DNA of 64,000 bases from Candidatus Woesearchaeota archaeon (GCA_965205335.1 OZ242164.1:1088001-1152000); one strand, 5' to 3'. Positions 38,290 to 48,948 are shown, numbered from the stretch's first letter. The notes: generated by a model not told the origin, from the letters alone. Program-made: numbers and translations.

Positions 38290-39021
38290 ATGTATACATT
38301 AGTTGAGTATAATTCTGATTGTGAATTTTTAATGTCTGAACTGGAGAGGTATAAGCAGATTCCTTTTGCTATGTTTAGGTTAAGTCTTAATGGGAAGGAA
38401 AATATTAAAAGTCAGTTGAGGAAGATTCGTGAGATTAGAGATAAGATTGATGCCCAATTCTTTGCAGTATGTGTAAGTGTTGAGAAATTGGAGAATTCCT
38501 CTATTGGGATAATAAATCAGTTAAAGCAGGAATTTGATTTGGTGATTGGGCTTGGGGGAACAAATAAGATAAATAGGTTTTTTTTAGAGAATACTCAAAT
38601 TGATTTTCTTGCAGATCCTCATAATAGTATTTCCAAGTTAAAGATTGATTTTATTCATCATTTTAATTCAGGTTTGAATCAAGTATTGTGCAAGATAGCA
38701 AAGGAGAAGAAGATAGGTTTGCTTTTTTCATTAAATTTTACAGAAGAGAGAACAAAGAATATTTTAAGGGAGTTTGGAAGGATTAATCAGAATGTAAGGT
38801 TTGCAAGAAAATATGGGTTGCCTATTTATATAAATTTTATTGTTGAGAGAAAAGAGCATGTTAAATCTATTAATCAGATAAAGGCTATGAGTTCAATTTT
38901 TGATGTTTCAAATGAACAAAGGATGCAGACAGTTAATGTTTTAGAGCAGAGAGTTAAAGAGAATAGGTTTAAGAAATCACCAGATTATATTTCTGATGGG
39001 ATTAGAGTAGCGAAGAATTAG
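38290..39021 (+). CDS. rnp3: RNase P protein Rpp30
   Basis: GGTNKINR, SGLNQVLCKIAKEK; next to Rpp21. Confidence 0.8.
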   Translation: MYTLVEYNSDCEFLMSELERYKQIPFAMFRLSLNGKENIKSQLRKIREIRDKIDAQFFAVCVSVEKLENSSIGIINQLKQEFDLVIGLGGTNKINRFFLENTQIDFLADPHNSISKLKIDFIHHFNSGLNQVLCKIAKEKKIGLLFSLNFTEERTKNILREFGRINQNVRFARKYGLPIYINFIVERKEHVKSINQIKAMSSIFDVSNEQRMQTVNVLEQRVKENRFKKSPDYISDGIRVAKN

Positions 39022-39082
39022 AGAATAGTAATAAATTCATATCTTCGTTAATCTTTTAAAAGGCAGGGTAATCTTATTATAT

Positions 39083-39862
39083 ATGCTGTACACAAAAGAA
39101 GGGTATCCTCAGGTAAATGAAATTGTTTTATGCATTGTAAGAAAGATAACTTCTAATACTACTTTTGTAAATATTCCCGAGTATGAAAAGGAAGGAGTTA
39201 TTACTATTTCTGAAATTGCCCCAGGGAGAATCAGGAATTTAAGAAATTATGTTATAGAGGGGAAAACAATTGTCTGTAAGGTTTTAAGGGTTGATGAAAT
39301 TCATAGAAGAATTGATGTGTCTTTGAGAAGAGTTCCAATTAAGGTTATGAAGGATAAACTTGAAGAGATTAAAAAAGAGAGTTATGCTGAGAGAGTTTAT
39401 TTGGATATTGCAAAGGAATTAAGTTCAGATAAGGATAAACTTTTTGAAAAGACATATGAACCTATTTTTGAGAATTATGAGACAGTATTTGAAGCTATGT
39501 ACGATATAATGCTTGATGATAAGAAGGCTGATATGTTTATAGATCTTAATGAAAATGAGAAAGAAGTGTTTGTTAGAATTATTAATGATAGGATTAAACC
39601 AGAGGAGGTTATTTTTAAAGAGAAGTTTGAATTGACATCTACAAATGAAAATGGGGCCTGGTTAATAAGGGATTCTATTAGTAATTCGTTAGAACCTTTA
39701 AATTATGATAAGTTTGAGGTTTATTATCTGGCGGCAGGAAAGTTTGGAGTAACTATAATTCATGATGATATTAAGTCAGCTCAGAAATTGTTTAATAGTT
39801 TTAGAGATAATCTTCTAAAGGAAGCTAAAGGGCATGATTTAAGGATTAATATTTCTCAATAG
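39083..39862 (+). CDS. eif2a: Translation initiation factor aIF2 alpha
   Basis: GYPQVNEIV, SEIAPGRIRNLR, KVLRVD..IDVSLRRV. Confidence 0.95.
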   Translation: MLYTKEGYPQVNEIVLCIVRKITSNTTFVNIPEYEKEGVITISEIAPGRIRNLRNYVIEGKTIVCKVLRVDEIHRRIDVSLRRVPIKVMKDKLEEIKKESYAERVYLDIAKELSSDKDKLFEKTYEPIFENYETVFEAMYDIMLDDKKADMFIDLNENEKEVFVRIINDRIKPEEVIFKEKFELTSTNENGAWLIRDSISNSLEPLNYDKFEVYYLAAGKFGVTIIHDDIKSAQKLFNSFRDNLLKEAKGHDLRINISQ

Positions 39863-39863
39863 A

Positions 39864-40535
39864 TTATTTTAGATTAATTTTGAATAATTTGTTTTCCCAT
39901 AAGTCATATTTTATTAGTTTGTTTTCTTTTATTTTTAAGAAATATTTTAAGGTCTGATTATAGCATAAACAAGCGCAGGCAAATGTGGTGGATGCTAACA
40001 CTCCAACATCACAACATTTTTCATCTTCAATTTCTTTTGGGAATGTTTTTTGAAATAGATTATCATCAGAATAAAATATGCAACTAATGAATTGTGTTTT
40101 AATTGCTCCATTGTATATCCAGTCTTTTTTATTTTGGATGCAGTATTTGTTTATGGTTTGTCTTGTTTCAAAGTTATCAGTGCAGTCAATTATAAGATTA
40201 CATTTTAAGCACATTTTGGAAATGTTCTCTTCATCTAAGAAAGTGCAAAAGGATTCAATTTTAGCGTTTGAATCAATTTTTTTGAGTTTTTTTTTAAGCG
40301 TATCTGATTTGAATTGTCCTATGTCATCTTCTTCAAAGTTCTGTCTTTGTAAGTTGGTTTCATCAATTAAATCACTGTCAATAATTGTCAGGTTCAGAAA
40401 TCCTCCCCTAGCTAAGAGTTCACATAAAACACTTCCAATACCTCCGCATCCCACAACTACAATCTTCTTATCTTTTATTGTTTTGGAAAAGTCCTCAGGG
40501 ATGAAATTAAGTTGTTCTTGGCGTGAATATCTCAT
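39864..40535 (-). CDS. ThiF/MoeB/HesA-family E1-like enzyme
   Basis: RYSRQ, VGCGGIG, NLQRQ, DCTDNFETR. Confidence 0.94.
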   Translation of the reverse strand: MRYSRQEQLNFIPEDFSKTIKDKKIVVVGCGGIGSVLCELLARGGFLNLTIIDSDLIDETNLQRQNFEEDDIGQFKSDTLKKKLKKIDSNAKIESFCTFLDEENISKMCLKCNLIIDCTDNFETRQTINKYCIQNKKDWIYNGAIKTQFISCIFYSDDNLFQKTFPKEIEDEKCCDVGVLASTTFACACLCYNQTLKYFLKIKENKLIKYDLWENKLFKINLK

Positions 40536-40586
40536 AGAGATATGAATTAAATAAGTTTTATAAAGTCTTTGCAATTACACTTAATT

Positions 40587-41084
40587 ATGAATGAGACAAT
40601 TAATGAGTCTGTTAATGAGACAATTGCTCAGATTCCTCAGGTTTTAGGGGTAAGTGTTGATGTGCCGCTAACTTTTCATCCTGCGGTGGATATTTTTTTT
40701 TTAACAGTTATAACTGCTTTGTTTACAACAATTATTAGGAAGTATTTAACAGATCAGGCTCATATAAGAGCGTTAAAAAAGGATATGAAAGAACTTCAAA
40801 AGAAGATGCGTGATGTTATGAAAAAAGACCCCAAGAAGGCTCAGAAACTTCAAAAGGAGGTTATGAAAAAGAATTTAGAGAATATGAAAAATGAGATGAA
40901 TCCTAAAATCATGCTTACGACAATGATTCCTCTTTTGTTTGTGTTTTTTCTTGTAAGGAAATTATATGAACCATCAGGTGATATTCTATTTTTAGGGTTT
41001 ACTGAGTTTACATGGCTTGGGACATATATTGTATTTTCAATAATTAATTCAATTGTTATTAAGAAAGTTCTAAAAGTTGCGTAA
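40587..41084 (+). CDS. DUF106 / EMC3-TMCO1 family membrane protein
   Basis: TM-coiled coil-TM layout; WLGTYIVFS. Confidence 0.85.
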   Translation: MNETINESVNETIAQIPQVLGVSVDVPLTFHPAVDIFFLTVITALFTTIIRKYLTDQAHIRALKKDMKELQKKMRDVMKKDPKKAQKLQKEVMKKNLENMKNEMNPKIMLTTMIPLLFVFFLVRKLYEPSGDILFLGFTEFTWLGTYIVFSIINSIVIKKVLKVA

Positions 41085-41179
41085 GGCTTTTGAATTTAAT
41101 TTTTAAGTGGTTTGAGAAGAGTTGTGTTTTGAGTTGTTAAGTTAACGTCACTTGATTACTGTATGCAATGACAAAAAGC

Positions 41180-41431
41180 CTATATAAAAATTATAAGAAA
41201 AAATATAAGAAAAATGATTATAATAGCAACAGCAGTTATTCGGGGAGAATAATCAGAATATAAATCTAAGTCTTTATATGTTTCATGATACCTATTTGGA
41301 TGTCTTAATCTTAAATGTGTTTCATTATCTGGGAATAGCTCTAAATTTTCAATCTTATTATCTGTTTTATTATGATTTATATGATGTACTACTTCTTTTG
41401 GTTTTAATTTTCTTCTCAGGTGTTTCTCCAT
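41180..41431 (-). CDS. Small HNH endonuclease-motif protein with C-terminal TM helix (possibly 5'-degraded)
   Basis: (LVHRWK)MEKHLRRKL..EVVHHINHNKTDNKIENL. Confidence 0.75.
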   Translation of the reverse strand: MEKHLRRKLKPKEVVHHINHNKTDNKIENLELFPDNETHLRLRHPNRYHETYKDLDLYSDYSPRITAVAIIIIFLIFFLIIFI

Positions 41432-41592
41432 TTTCCAACGATGGACAAGCTTACCACTATCCTTAAATTGCTCATACTCATTCTCATTAATTTCAATTTT
41501 GTCTTTAAATGTCGTTATTATTTAGTAGTAATTTATTATTTATAAAATTTATGTTAATATAGATAACGCTAACTTAACAACCCAAGTTTTAG

Positions 41593-42093
41593 TGTGTAAA
41601 CGGGTGACATATGTCACCACCCTAAAAATTAACAAGACTTGTTAATTTTATGGAAAAATACGAGATTAGGAAAGTTTTCATAAAACTAAGAGTTAAACAA
41701 AACTCTTATTCTAAATGCAAGAAAATACTTGCTGAGAAGTGCAAATACTTTGTAAGTATTCGTACTTTAAAACGTTGATAACAACGTTTTAATAAAGAAA
41801 TATGGAATTATCAAGATAAGTCTACGAGACCAAATAAGATCTATTACAAAGTTACTTTAGAAACTGAGAAAGCAATTTTAAATCCTCGATATAGAACTGA
41901 TTGGAGGAGCTAGAAAGCTTCATAAATTCCAACTAATCAGGATATTTCAGAGATAACCATTAATAGAGTTATTTAGGTATAGATACAATGTTTTTAGGCC
42001 TCATCAGAGCTTATTTGTTCAAACTCCTTCTTATGAGTTTGACAACTTTCAGAGAAAGTTGAGGTGGTGACATATGTCATCCGTTTACACACA
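41593..42093 (+). mobile_element. Internally deleted IS481-family element (MITE-like, about 500 bp)
   Basis: 29-bp TIRs tgtgtaaacgg[g/a]tgacatatgtcaccacc (1 mismatch); flanking direct repeat gttttag; transposase relics VSIRTLKR**..QDKSTRPNKI and YNVFRPHQSL..TP. Confidence 0.9.
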
Positions 42094-42141
42094 GTTTTAG
42101 TTTAATTTATAAAGAGATAGTGATTATTTTTAGGTATTAGA

Positions 42142-42579
42142 ATGGCTCTAAAATTAGTGATTGGTACAAAGTCAGGTAAGTCATATCAAAAGGAACTTAC
42201 AGGAAATGAAGCTGAGGCTCTTTATTCAAGAGTGCTCGGGGATGAACTAAATGGAGATATTTTAGGGATTTCTGGAGCTAAATTTGTTATAACTGGCGGT
42301 TCTGATTCATCAGGTTTTCCCATGAGAAGAGATGTTAGCGTTAGAAGAAAGAGAATTCTTATCACTAAGAGTTTGGGATTTAGAGGAAAGTTAAGAGGTA
42401 AGAGGTTTGGAGGGCTTAGGATTAAGAAAACTGTTGCAGGAAATAGTGTGCATGAGAAGATGCATCAGTTAAATTTAAAGTGTGTGTCAGGCGATGATAA
42501 GGTTGAAAAAATATTTGCTCCACCACCTGAGGAGAAAACTCCTGATAATGCAGAGTCAGAGCAAAAGAAAGAGAGTTAA
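42142..42579 (+). CDS. rps6e: 30S ribosomal protein eS6
   Basis: GKSYQKE, ITGGSDSSGFPMRRDV, KKTVAGN. Confidence 0.96.
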   Translation: MALKLVIGTKSGKSYQKELTGNEAEALYSRVLGDELNGDILGISGAKFVITGGSDSSGFPMRRDVSVRRKRILITKSLGFRGKLRGKRFGGLRIKKTVAGNSVHEKMHQLNLKCVSGDDKVEKIFAPPPEEKTPDNAESEQKKES

Positions 42580-43922
42580 TTGATTTCTATTGTTTCTCCG
42601 TCAGGAACTACCCACAAATTTTTACTTTGTTTGTAACCAAGTTCTTCGGCAAGTTCAATCATTCCTTCTTTTAGTCTTATATGTCCATGAACTGGAACTA
42701 TGTGTTTGGGTTTAATCATTCCCAATAAGTCTCTGTGGTCTTCTCTTGATGCATGTCCTGATACATGAATGCCTTTGAAGATCTTGCATCTGTAAGTTTC
42801 AAGTTTGGAATCTAAAACCTGTCTTGCTTCAATGTTTACCTGAGTTGGAATGACTTCTGAACTAAATATTACTTTATCGTCTTCTTTTAACTCAAAAGGT
42901 GTTCTGCCTTCTGCAATTTTAGATAAAACTGCATTTTCTTCTCCCTGATGTCCTGTGCATACTGCAATATAATCCTTTTTATTCTTGTTTATAATATCAA
43001 GCCAATGATTAACTTCTGATGGTGTCTCGCATATAATTACCCCTTTTTCTCTAAAATCAATTATTCCTGCATTCTTTGCGGCTTTGCTGTATTTAGCAAT
43101 AGATCTACCCATAAAGACTATTTTACGTCCAAGTTCCTGAGTTAGTTCAACAATTGATTTAAGCCTTGTAATATGTGAGGCAAATGTTGTTATGATTACT
43201 CCTTGAGTATTTACTATGTCTGTTTCAATAAATATATCACGAAGCATTTCTTTTACAACAATTTCTGATAGAGTTTTTCTTTTCAGATTTGATCTAACTG
43301 AATCAACTACTAAAAGTTTAACTCCTAATTTGTTAAGTTCTTTAATTCTCTCATAATTAGTTCTTTGTCCAAGCGCTGGCCTGTTGTCAAATTTAAAATC
43401 ATTTGCATATAATATAACACCTTCTTTTGTGTGTATCGCAACCATTGCAGTCTGAGGGATTGAATGCGTCACATTAATGAATTCAACTTCCACGCCTGAG
43501 GGCATAACAAAGGAAGAATTAACATTTACTTTGATGAATTTGTTTTTCAAAGGTGAATTAACATATCTCTGAGATTTCATTAAGACCTTCAACACTTCAA
43601 TTGTAAATGGTGTTCCATATATTGGAGCCTGTGGAAACAATTGAGCCATATACTGAACTGCTCCTATGTGGTCTAAGTGAGCATGGGAAATAACAATTGC
43701 TTTAACTTTGTCCTTTTTATCCATAAGCATCTTAGGGTCTGGAATAATGTTTTTTTCAATCATTTCCTCCATACTCATTTTATCAACTTCATCATTATAC
43801 AAAATAAGATTGCTTAATTGAAGTCCCATATCACATATAATAATTTCATCTTCTATTTCAAAAGCCATCATATTACGGCCTGCCTCATCTACTCCTCCTA
43901 TACAATGCATTTTTATTGTCAT
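42576..43922 (-). CDS. rnj: Ribonuclease J (beta-CASP)
   Basis: SHAHLDHIG, THSIP, TGHQGE, HVSGHA. Confidence 0.96.
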   Translation of the reverse strand: MTIKMHCIGGVDEAGRNMMAFEIEDEIIICDMGLQLSNLILYNDEVDKMSMEEMIEKNIIPDPKMLMDKKDKVKAIVISHAHLDHIGAVQYMAQLFPQAPIYGTPFTIEVLKVLMKSQRYVNSPLKNKFIKVNVNSSFVMPSGVEVEFINVTHSIPQTAMVAIHTKEGVILYANDFKFDNRPALGQRTNYERIKELNKLGVKLLVVDSVRSNLKRKTLSEIVVKEMLRDIFIETDIVNTQGVIITTFASHITRLKSIVELTQELGRKIVFMGRSIAKYSKAAKNAGIIDFREKGVIICETPSEVNHWLDIINKNKKDYIAVCTGHQGEENAVLSKIAEGRTPFELKEDDKVIFSSEVIPTQVNIEARQVLDSKLETYRCKIFKGIHVSGHASREDHRDLLGMIKPKHIVPVHGHIRLKEGMIELAEELGYKQSKNLWVVPDGETIEIN

Positions 43923-44162
43923 TTTTCATATATTTTGTAATTATGTTTTTTTTTGTGAGGATAAGAATTAGATTTTAGATTTAATACTAAGGTTAAAACC
44001 AAAAAAACCTCAAAGGTTTCCTAAGTTTTCTATCAAAATATTAAAAATAAAGATTATATCTCTAATCCTAACCTAATTATAAGTAGGATTTGTTAATTTA
44101 TAAATATTTGCAAATAATCAAGGTAAGAATAATTTTATAAAAGTATATCATATTCTATTATT

Positions 44163-44699
44163 ATGAAGTTAGTGCCTAAGTATTCATATGAGTTTAATTG
44201 TGTGTTAAATTCTGATTTTTCTGAGAGTGAACAAATTAAAAACTTTGCATCGATTATATCTGATAAGGATAGATTTTTGGTTTTGTTGCCTTATTTTGAG
44301 AGTAACAAGGATTTTATTGAAGAGAGATTAGGTTTTGAGTTACCTCTAATCTTAGAATTTTATGTGGTTCGCTGCGAGAAATTTAAGTCTTTTAGTGAGC
44401 CAGTAACAATTGAGTATAGTATCAATCCACAGGAGATGTTTCTTTTTTTATTTAAGGAAGTTTTAAAGGTTACAATAAATATGAGGTTTCCTGATGAGGT
44501 TACACGTGAGAAATATATTAATTCTTTTATTGGATATGTTTGTATTAATTGTGATTTTGATTCTCAAAATTTTAAGGAATTTGAGGATGCTCTGCACAAT
44601 GAATCAAAGAGATTATATCCTGATTATGAGAATTCTGAAATTGATTTTAGTACAAAGACAATGAAAGAACACTTAGAGAGTATGTATAAAGATGATTGA
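44163..44699 (+). CDS. Hypothetical protein
   Basis: 178-aa ORF with TATA box, overlapping the lgt start. Confidence 0.7.
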   Translation: MKLVPKYSYEFNCVLNSDFSESEQIKNFASIISDKDRFLVLLPYFESNKDFIEERLGFELPLILEFYVVRCEKFKSFSEPVTIEYSINPQEMFLFLFKEVLKVTINMRFPDEVTREKYINSFIGYVCINCDFDSQNFKEFEDALHNESKRLYPDYENSEIDFSTKTMKEHLESMYKDD

Positions 44700-45435
44700 G
44701 CCTGTTGCATTCTCTGTTTTTGGATTGAAGATTTATTGGTATGGACTCTTCTATGTGTTTGGGTTTTTCTTTGCTTATTTGTTTATGATTTATTTTGCAA
44801 AGGATTTTGGGTTTAAGAAGAAATTCATTGAGGATGTTTTTCTTTACTTCATGATTTTTTCAGTTATTGGGGGGAGAGTGTTTTATATTATTTTTTATAA
44901 TTTAGAATATTATATAAGCAATCCTCTTGAGATATTTGCAGTGTGGAATGGAGGAATGAGTATTCATGGAGGTATTTTTTTTGGGTGTTTAACTCTTTTA
45001 TATTTTTCAAGAAAGGCTAATGTGGAATTTTTAAAGTTGACAGATTTGTTTGCTATTCCTGCATCACTTGGGGTTGCATTTGGAAGGTTGGCTAATTTTA
45101 TTAATCAGGAATTAGTTGGCAATGTTACTAACAGTGAAATCGGAGTAATTTTTCCTCTTTATGATAATGAGAAAAGATTGCCGTATCAGTTATTTGCAGG
45201 ATTTAAGAATCTAATTGTGTTTAATATTTTGCTTTATATTCAGTTTTTTAAAAAGGTTAAAAGTGGTGTTATTACAGCATTGTTTTTAATTTTTTATTCT
45301 TTTGGTAGATTTTTTATTGATTTTTATAGAGAACCAACAATTGTACTTGGCATAATTTCAATGGGGCAGTTGCTAAATTTGATTTTTGGTTTGTTTGGAT
45401 GCTATTTGCTTATAAGAATTCTAAAGAGCAAATGA
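44692..45435 (+). CDS. lgt: Prolipoprotein diacylglyceryl transferase (bacterial type)
   Basis: YWYG, GGRVFY, WNGGMSIHGG, GRLANFINQELVG, RFFIDFYREP. Confidence 0.93.
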   Translation: MIEPVAFSVFGLKIYWYGLFYVFGFFFAYLFMIYFAKDFGFKKKFIEDVFLYFMIFSVIGGRVFYIIFYNLEYYISNPLEIFAVWNGGMSIHGGIFFGCLTLLYFSRKANVEFLKLTDLFAIPASLGVAFGRLANFINQELVGNVTNSEIGVIFPLYDNEKRLPYQLFAGFKNLIVFNILLYIQFFKKVKSGVITALFLIFYSFGRFFIDFYREPTIVLGIISMGQLLNLIFGLFGCYLLIRILKSK

Positions 45436-46956
45436 TTATTTTAAGAGCCTTTTTATGAAATATCCTGTAAATGCAATAGTTCCTAATATGTAGAAGGCTG
45501 ATAGGAATATGAATCTTATGTATTTCTCATTGAAAATGATTGGGTTGTATATGTTCTGGATTTGGATGAGGTAAGGGATTTGACTGAAATAAAATATTGA
45601 GGTGTAAATAATGAAAAATACTAATACTATGATTGGTATTAATTTGTGTTTTAGGTTTTGAGATTTTGAATGAACTATGAAATAATAAACTTCAATGTTA
45701 ACCACTATGAAAATAATTAGAAAGATCAGCAGATTGAATATAGTTTTTGGTTCAATTATATTATTTGTGATTAGATTATGTGTTTTTATTTCAACGCCTA
45801 ATATTCCAGAAGAACTATCAAGGACTCCTATTGTCAAGGGTGTATCTAAATCAGGCAGAAAGATGATTGCAAGAAAGAGTAGGGACGATACCAAGAATAG
45901 ATATCTTATTAGAATTGGAGTTTTTGATTTTTTTTGAATTATTTTATAGATATAATAGAGAGGACCTGCCATGATTAGAAAGAAGAAGAGAATTGCACAC
46001 AGATACGCAAGTAGAATTATGGCAGATAAAGGGATTGAGTTTACAGTTTGGAAATCATAATAGATTTTACTTTTTTCAAAATCAAAGATGTTAATTATTG
46101 GTTCATTTAGCAATTGAGAGTACAAAGGGTTTCCATTGCCTAATGTGTATGGGACAAGATAAACCCCTATGTCAACAACTAAATGAAGAGCCAAGATTAC
46201 AGATACTCCAATCATGAATGTTTTCTTGTTTGAGAAATAAGATATTAGAGTTTGATAGAATGAGTTTCCTGTGTTCGAGATTGTTTGCAAAAAATTAGAT
46301 GTGTCTGATTTGGTATGGTGTGCTATGTATTTTGCAAGATAGTAAATTGAGCCAAGTATTAGTATTAGAGAATCAACTGCAAGTGCAAACCATTCCATAA
46401 AGAAGTTAAATACTGTAATGCTAAAGAAACTTAGAGTTAGAATCAGGATAATGTATTCTCCGATTGCTCTTTTTATTTGAAAACTTCCAATTAAAGAGTC
46501 TTTGGTTGGTGTGTATTTTCTAAGTAAGTGTATTGCTACAAGAATTATGATTGCTAATCCTAGTATGAAGAGGCTTTGCTCAAATTCAGCACTGCTTTTG
46601 GCAGAAATTGACTGAAAGAAATTAATTACGAAACTGAATATTATAAAGTCCGAGTTTAATATTGATTCTAAGTTTACATAATGTATCATTAGTTTGGGTA
46701 CTGCCATCATAGAGAATGAGATTATTAGGATTAAGTCCATTAGTTTGTCTTTTGTTCCAATGAACATTTTTGTAAAACTTGCTTTGTAGAATATGTAACC
46801 TATTAAACCCCATGATAGAAGTTTTTTAAAGAAATCCAAATCAGCCAAGAGGAAATTCAGGAAGTCAAATATGTTTAATAGAATGAATAATGCAAAATAA
46901 AATGAGAGGATGAGTTTCTTTTGGATTGTTTTTTTTGGTTTGGAATCCCTGTTCAT
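45436..46956 (-). CDS. Polytopic membrane protein of unknown function
   Basis: About 12 hydrophobic segments. Confidence 0.8.
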   Translation of the reverse strand: MNRDSKPKKTIQKKLILSFYFALFILLNIFDFLNFLLADLDFFKKLLSWGLIGYIFYKASFTKMFIGTKDKLMDLILIISFSMMAVPKLMIHYVNLESILNSDFIIFSFVINFFQSISAKSSAEFEQSLFILGLAIIILVAIHLLRKYTPTKDSLIGSFQIKRAIGEYIILILTLSFFSITVFNFFMEWFALAVDSLILILGSIYYLAKYIAHHTKSDTSNFLQTISNTGNSFYQTLISYFSNKKTFMIGVSVILALHLVVDIGVYLVPYTLGNGNPLYSQLLNEPIINIFDFEKSKIYYDFQTVNSIPLSAIILLAYLCAILFFFLIMAGPLYYIYKIIQKKSKTPILIRYLFLVSSLLFLAIIFLPDLDTPLTIGVLDSSSGILGVEIKTHNLITNNIIEPKTIFNLLIFLIIFIVVNIEVYYFIVHSKSQNLKHKLIPIIVLVFFIIYTSIFYFSQIPYLIQIQNIYNPIIFNEKYIRFIFLSAFYILGTIAFTGYFIKRLLK

Positions 46957-47008
46957 TGTGTGTTTGCAGTAAAAAATCTTTATAAATTTGGTTTACTACT
47001 TAGAAACT

Positions 47009-47866
47009 ATGTTTAGTGTTAGCAGTAGGTTATGTATGGAGAGAAGGTCTGTTTTTTTAATTAATTTTTTTTTAATTTTTATTATTCTTTTCTTTTTTCT
47101 TTATGACATTTCTGTGATGTATCTTTTTTATTTTATATTAATTTTTACATCTGTTTTGTCATATTTATATTTTAGAAAATCCAAGAGTTTAGCCAGAGCA
47201 TTGATTACAACTAATTTATTTATTTTTTTCTATTTTCTATATCCATTTATTGCACTCTTTATGCATGAGATTTTTGAGAGTTTCTGGTATATTTTCATTA
47301 TTTTTTATCATATTTTGATTGGATATTTGTTTTTGGTTCTCAGTGGGAATTCAAAGAATTTGTTAGGTAATATTGAGAAGTTTTCTTCAAAGGTTTTTTT
47401 GTTGGTTCTGTTATGTGGTATTGTTTTCGGATTTTTGTTTTTTCTTGTAGGTGAGCCAATTTCTCAAGAAATACTAAAGGGAGAAGGCATGAATTCACAA
47501 GTTATCAGTTTTATTATTCTTTCTTCTTTTCTTGTGGCTTTTTCTGAGCAGATGATTTTCAGTGGTTTTTTGTTTAATACATATAAAGGGCTTAGTCCAA
47601 GGTATCATGCCTTTTATCAGACGGCAATAATTTTTGTTCTGTTTCATTCGCTGAGGTTTGAGGTTTTATTTGAAGCGTATTTTAAGAGTTTTGGCGAGTT
47701 GTTTTTATTGTATATTTTTCTATATTATGTTTTGTTGTTTTTCTTTATGATTTCAGCATTGTATTTTTATTCTTTCAAGCATAAAGAGGTTGAAGGTAAT
47801 TTTATTTATCCTTTGTGTTTGCATTTTTTAACGGATTTTGTTTGGTTATTTTTCTATTTTACATAA
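47009..47866 (+). CDS. CPBP (Abi/CAAX type II) intramembrane protease-like protein
   Basis: AFSEQMIFSG, FVLFH, LHFLTD (EE motif degenerate); start inferred from TATA spacing. Confidence 0.7.
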   Translation: MFSVSSRLCMERRSVFLINFFLIFIILFFFLYDISVMYLFYFILIFTSVLSYLYFRKSKSLARALITTNLFIFFYFLYPFIALFMHEIFESFWYIFIIFYHILIGYLFLVLSGNSKNLLGNIEKFSSKVFLLVLLCGIVFGFLFFLVGEPISQEILKGEGMNSQVISFIILSSFLVAFSEQMIFSGFLFNTYKGLSPRYHAFYQTAIIFVLFHSLRFEVLFEAYFKSFGELFLLYIFLYYVLLFFFMISALYFYSFKHKEVEGNFIYPLCLHFLTDFVWLFFYFT

Positions 47867-48014
47867 GTTCTTATGTTAAGTTTTGATGAATTGGTAGTAA
47901 ATCTGAAGAAATCTTTAATGTAAATGGTTCTTCGCTAAGTTTTAAAAAGGAATATTTATTAACTTTTTTATGAAATATCTATTTTATAGTTTATTTCATG
48001 TGTAATTTAAAAAG

Positions 48015-48575
48015 ATGACAGAACTTAAAAGGGAATATGTAGTCCCGCTAAGGCGAAAGATGAGAACTGCGCCAAAGTGGAGAAGAAGTAAAAAGGCAGT
48101 GTCTGTTTTGAAAGATTTTATGCGAAAACACATGAAAACGGAGGTTGTTGTTATTTGCTCTGATTTGAATGAGTATATATGGAAATGCGGCAATAAGAAT
48201 CCTCCCGGAAAGGTGTCTGTTGTTGCACTGAAAACAGATGTTAATGGCACAGAGAAAACTATTGTGAGTTTAGCAGATGTTAATATTGATAAACAGTTGG
48301 AGTCATATGCAGAGTCTAAACCTGGGGTTGCAACTTCTGATGAATCCAAGGATAAAGGTGTTGAGGATGCAAATGTTAAAGAGATAGATTCAAAGGATGA
48401 GAAAAATAAGTCTGAGGAGAAGCAGACTGAAGAAGCAGATTTAGAGGATAAGATAAGTGAGAGTAAGGATGAACCCCAAATTGAAGATGAAATAGAAATG
48501 AATAAGGAGAAAAAGGAACAGGAATCAGGAAATGATGAAAAGGAGGAAAGTAAAGAGGTGAAGAAGGATGAGTAA
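48015..48575 (+). CDS. rpl31e: 50S ribosomal protein eL31 with acidic tail
   Basis: REYVVPLR, PKWRRSKKAV..F..KHMK, LNEYIW..NPPGKV. Confidence 0.95.
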   Translation: MTELKREYVVPLRRKMRTAPKWRRSKKAVSVLKDFMRKHMKTEVVVICSDLNEYIWKCGNKNPPGKVSVVALKTDVNGTEKTIVSLADVNIDKQLESYAESKPGVATSDESKDKGVEDANVKEIDSKDEKNKSEEKQTEEADLEDKISESKDEPQIEDEIEMNKEKKEQESGNDEKEESKEVKKDE

Positions 48576-48948
48576 ATTAGTAACTGAGTTAAAGAGTGTG
48601 AAGGAGATTAAAGCCCCCATTTGGGCTCCTTTTGTTAAGACTGGTTCAGGTAAGCAAAGGCCTCCACAGAGGTTAGATTGGTGGCATGTCAGAGCGGCAT
48701 CTGTTTTAAGTAAGATTCATAAGTTTGGTCCGATTGGAACAAATAAGTTATCAAAGCAATATGGGTGTAGGAAAAATAGAGGTCATAGGCCTGAGAAGAA
48801 AGTTGATGGGTCAAGAAATATTATAAGAAAATGCATCCAGCAACTTGAAGCGGCAAATTTAATAAAACAAGTTAAATCTCCAAAGGCAGGAAAGGTTTTA
48901 ACGAAAGAAGGGACAGAATTCTTAAAGAAGGTAAATAAAAATGGTTGA
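48568..48948 (+). CDS. rps19e: 30S ribosomal protein eS19
   Basis: WAPFVKTG..RPP..DWWHVRAAS, GSRNIIRKCIQQLE. Confidence 0.97.
   Translation: MSKLVTELKSVKEIKAPIWAPFVKTGSGKQRPPQRLDWWHVRAASVLSKIHKFGPIGTNKLSKQYGCRKNRGHRPEKKVDGSRNIIRKCIQQLEAANLIKQVKSPKAGKVLTKEGTEFLKKVNKNG

Noticed and set aside
47883-47938. C/D box sRNA candidate (TGATGA...CTGA 13 nt apart)
   Set aside because: No convincing second C'/D pair and no identifiable target; likely chance in AT-rich DNA.
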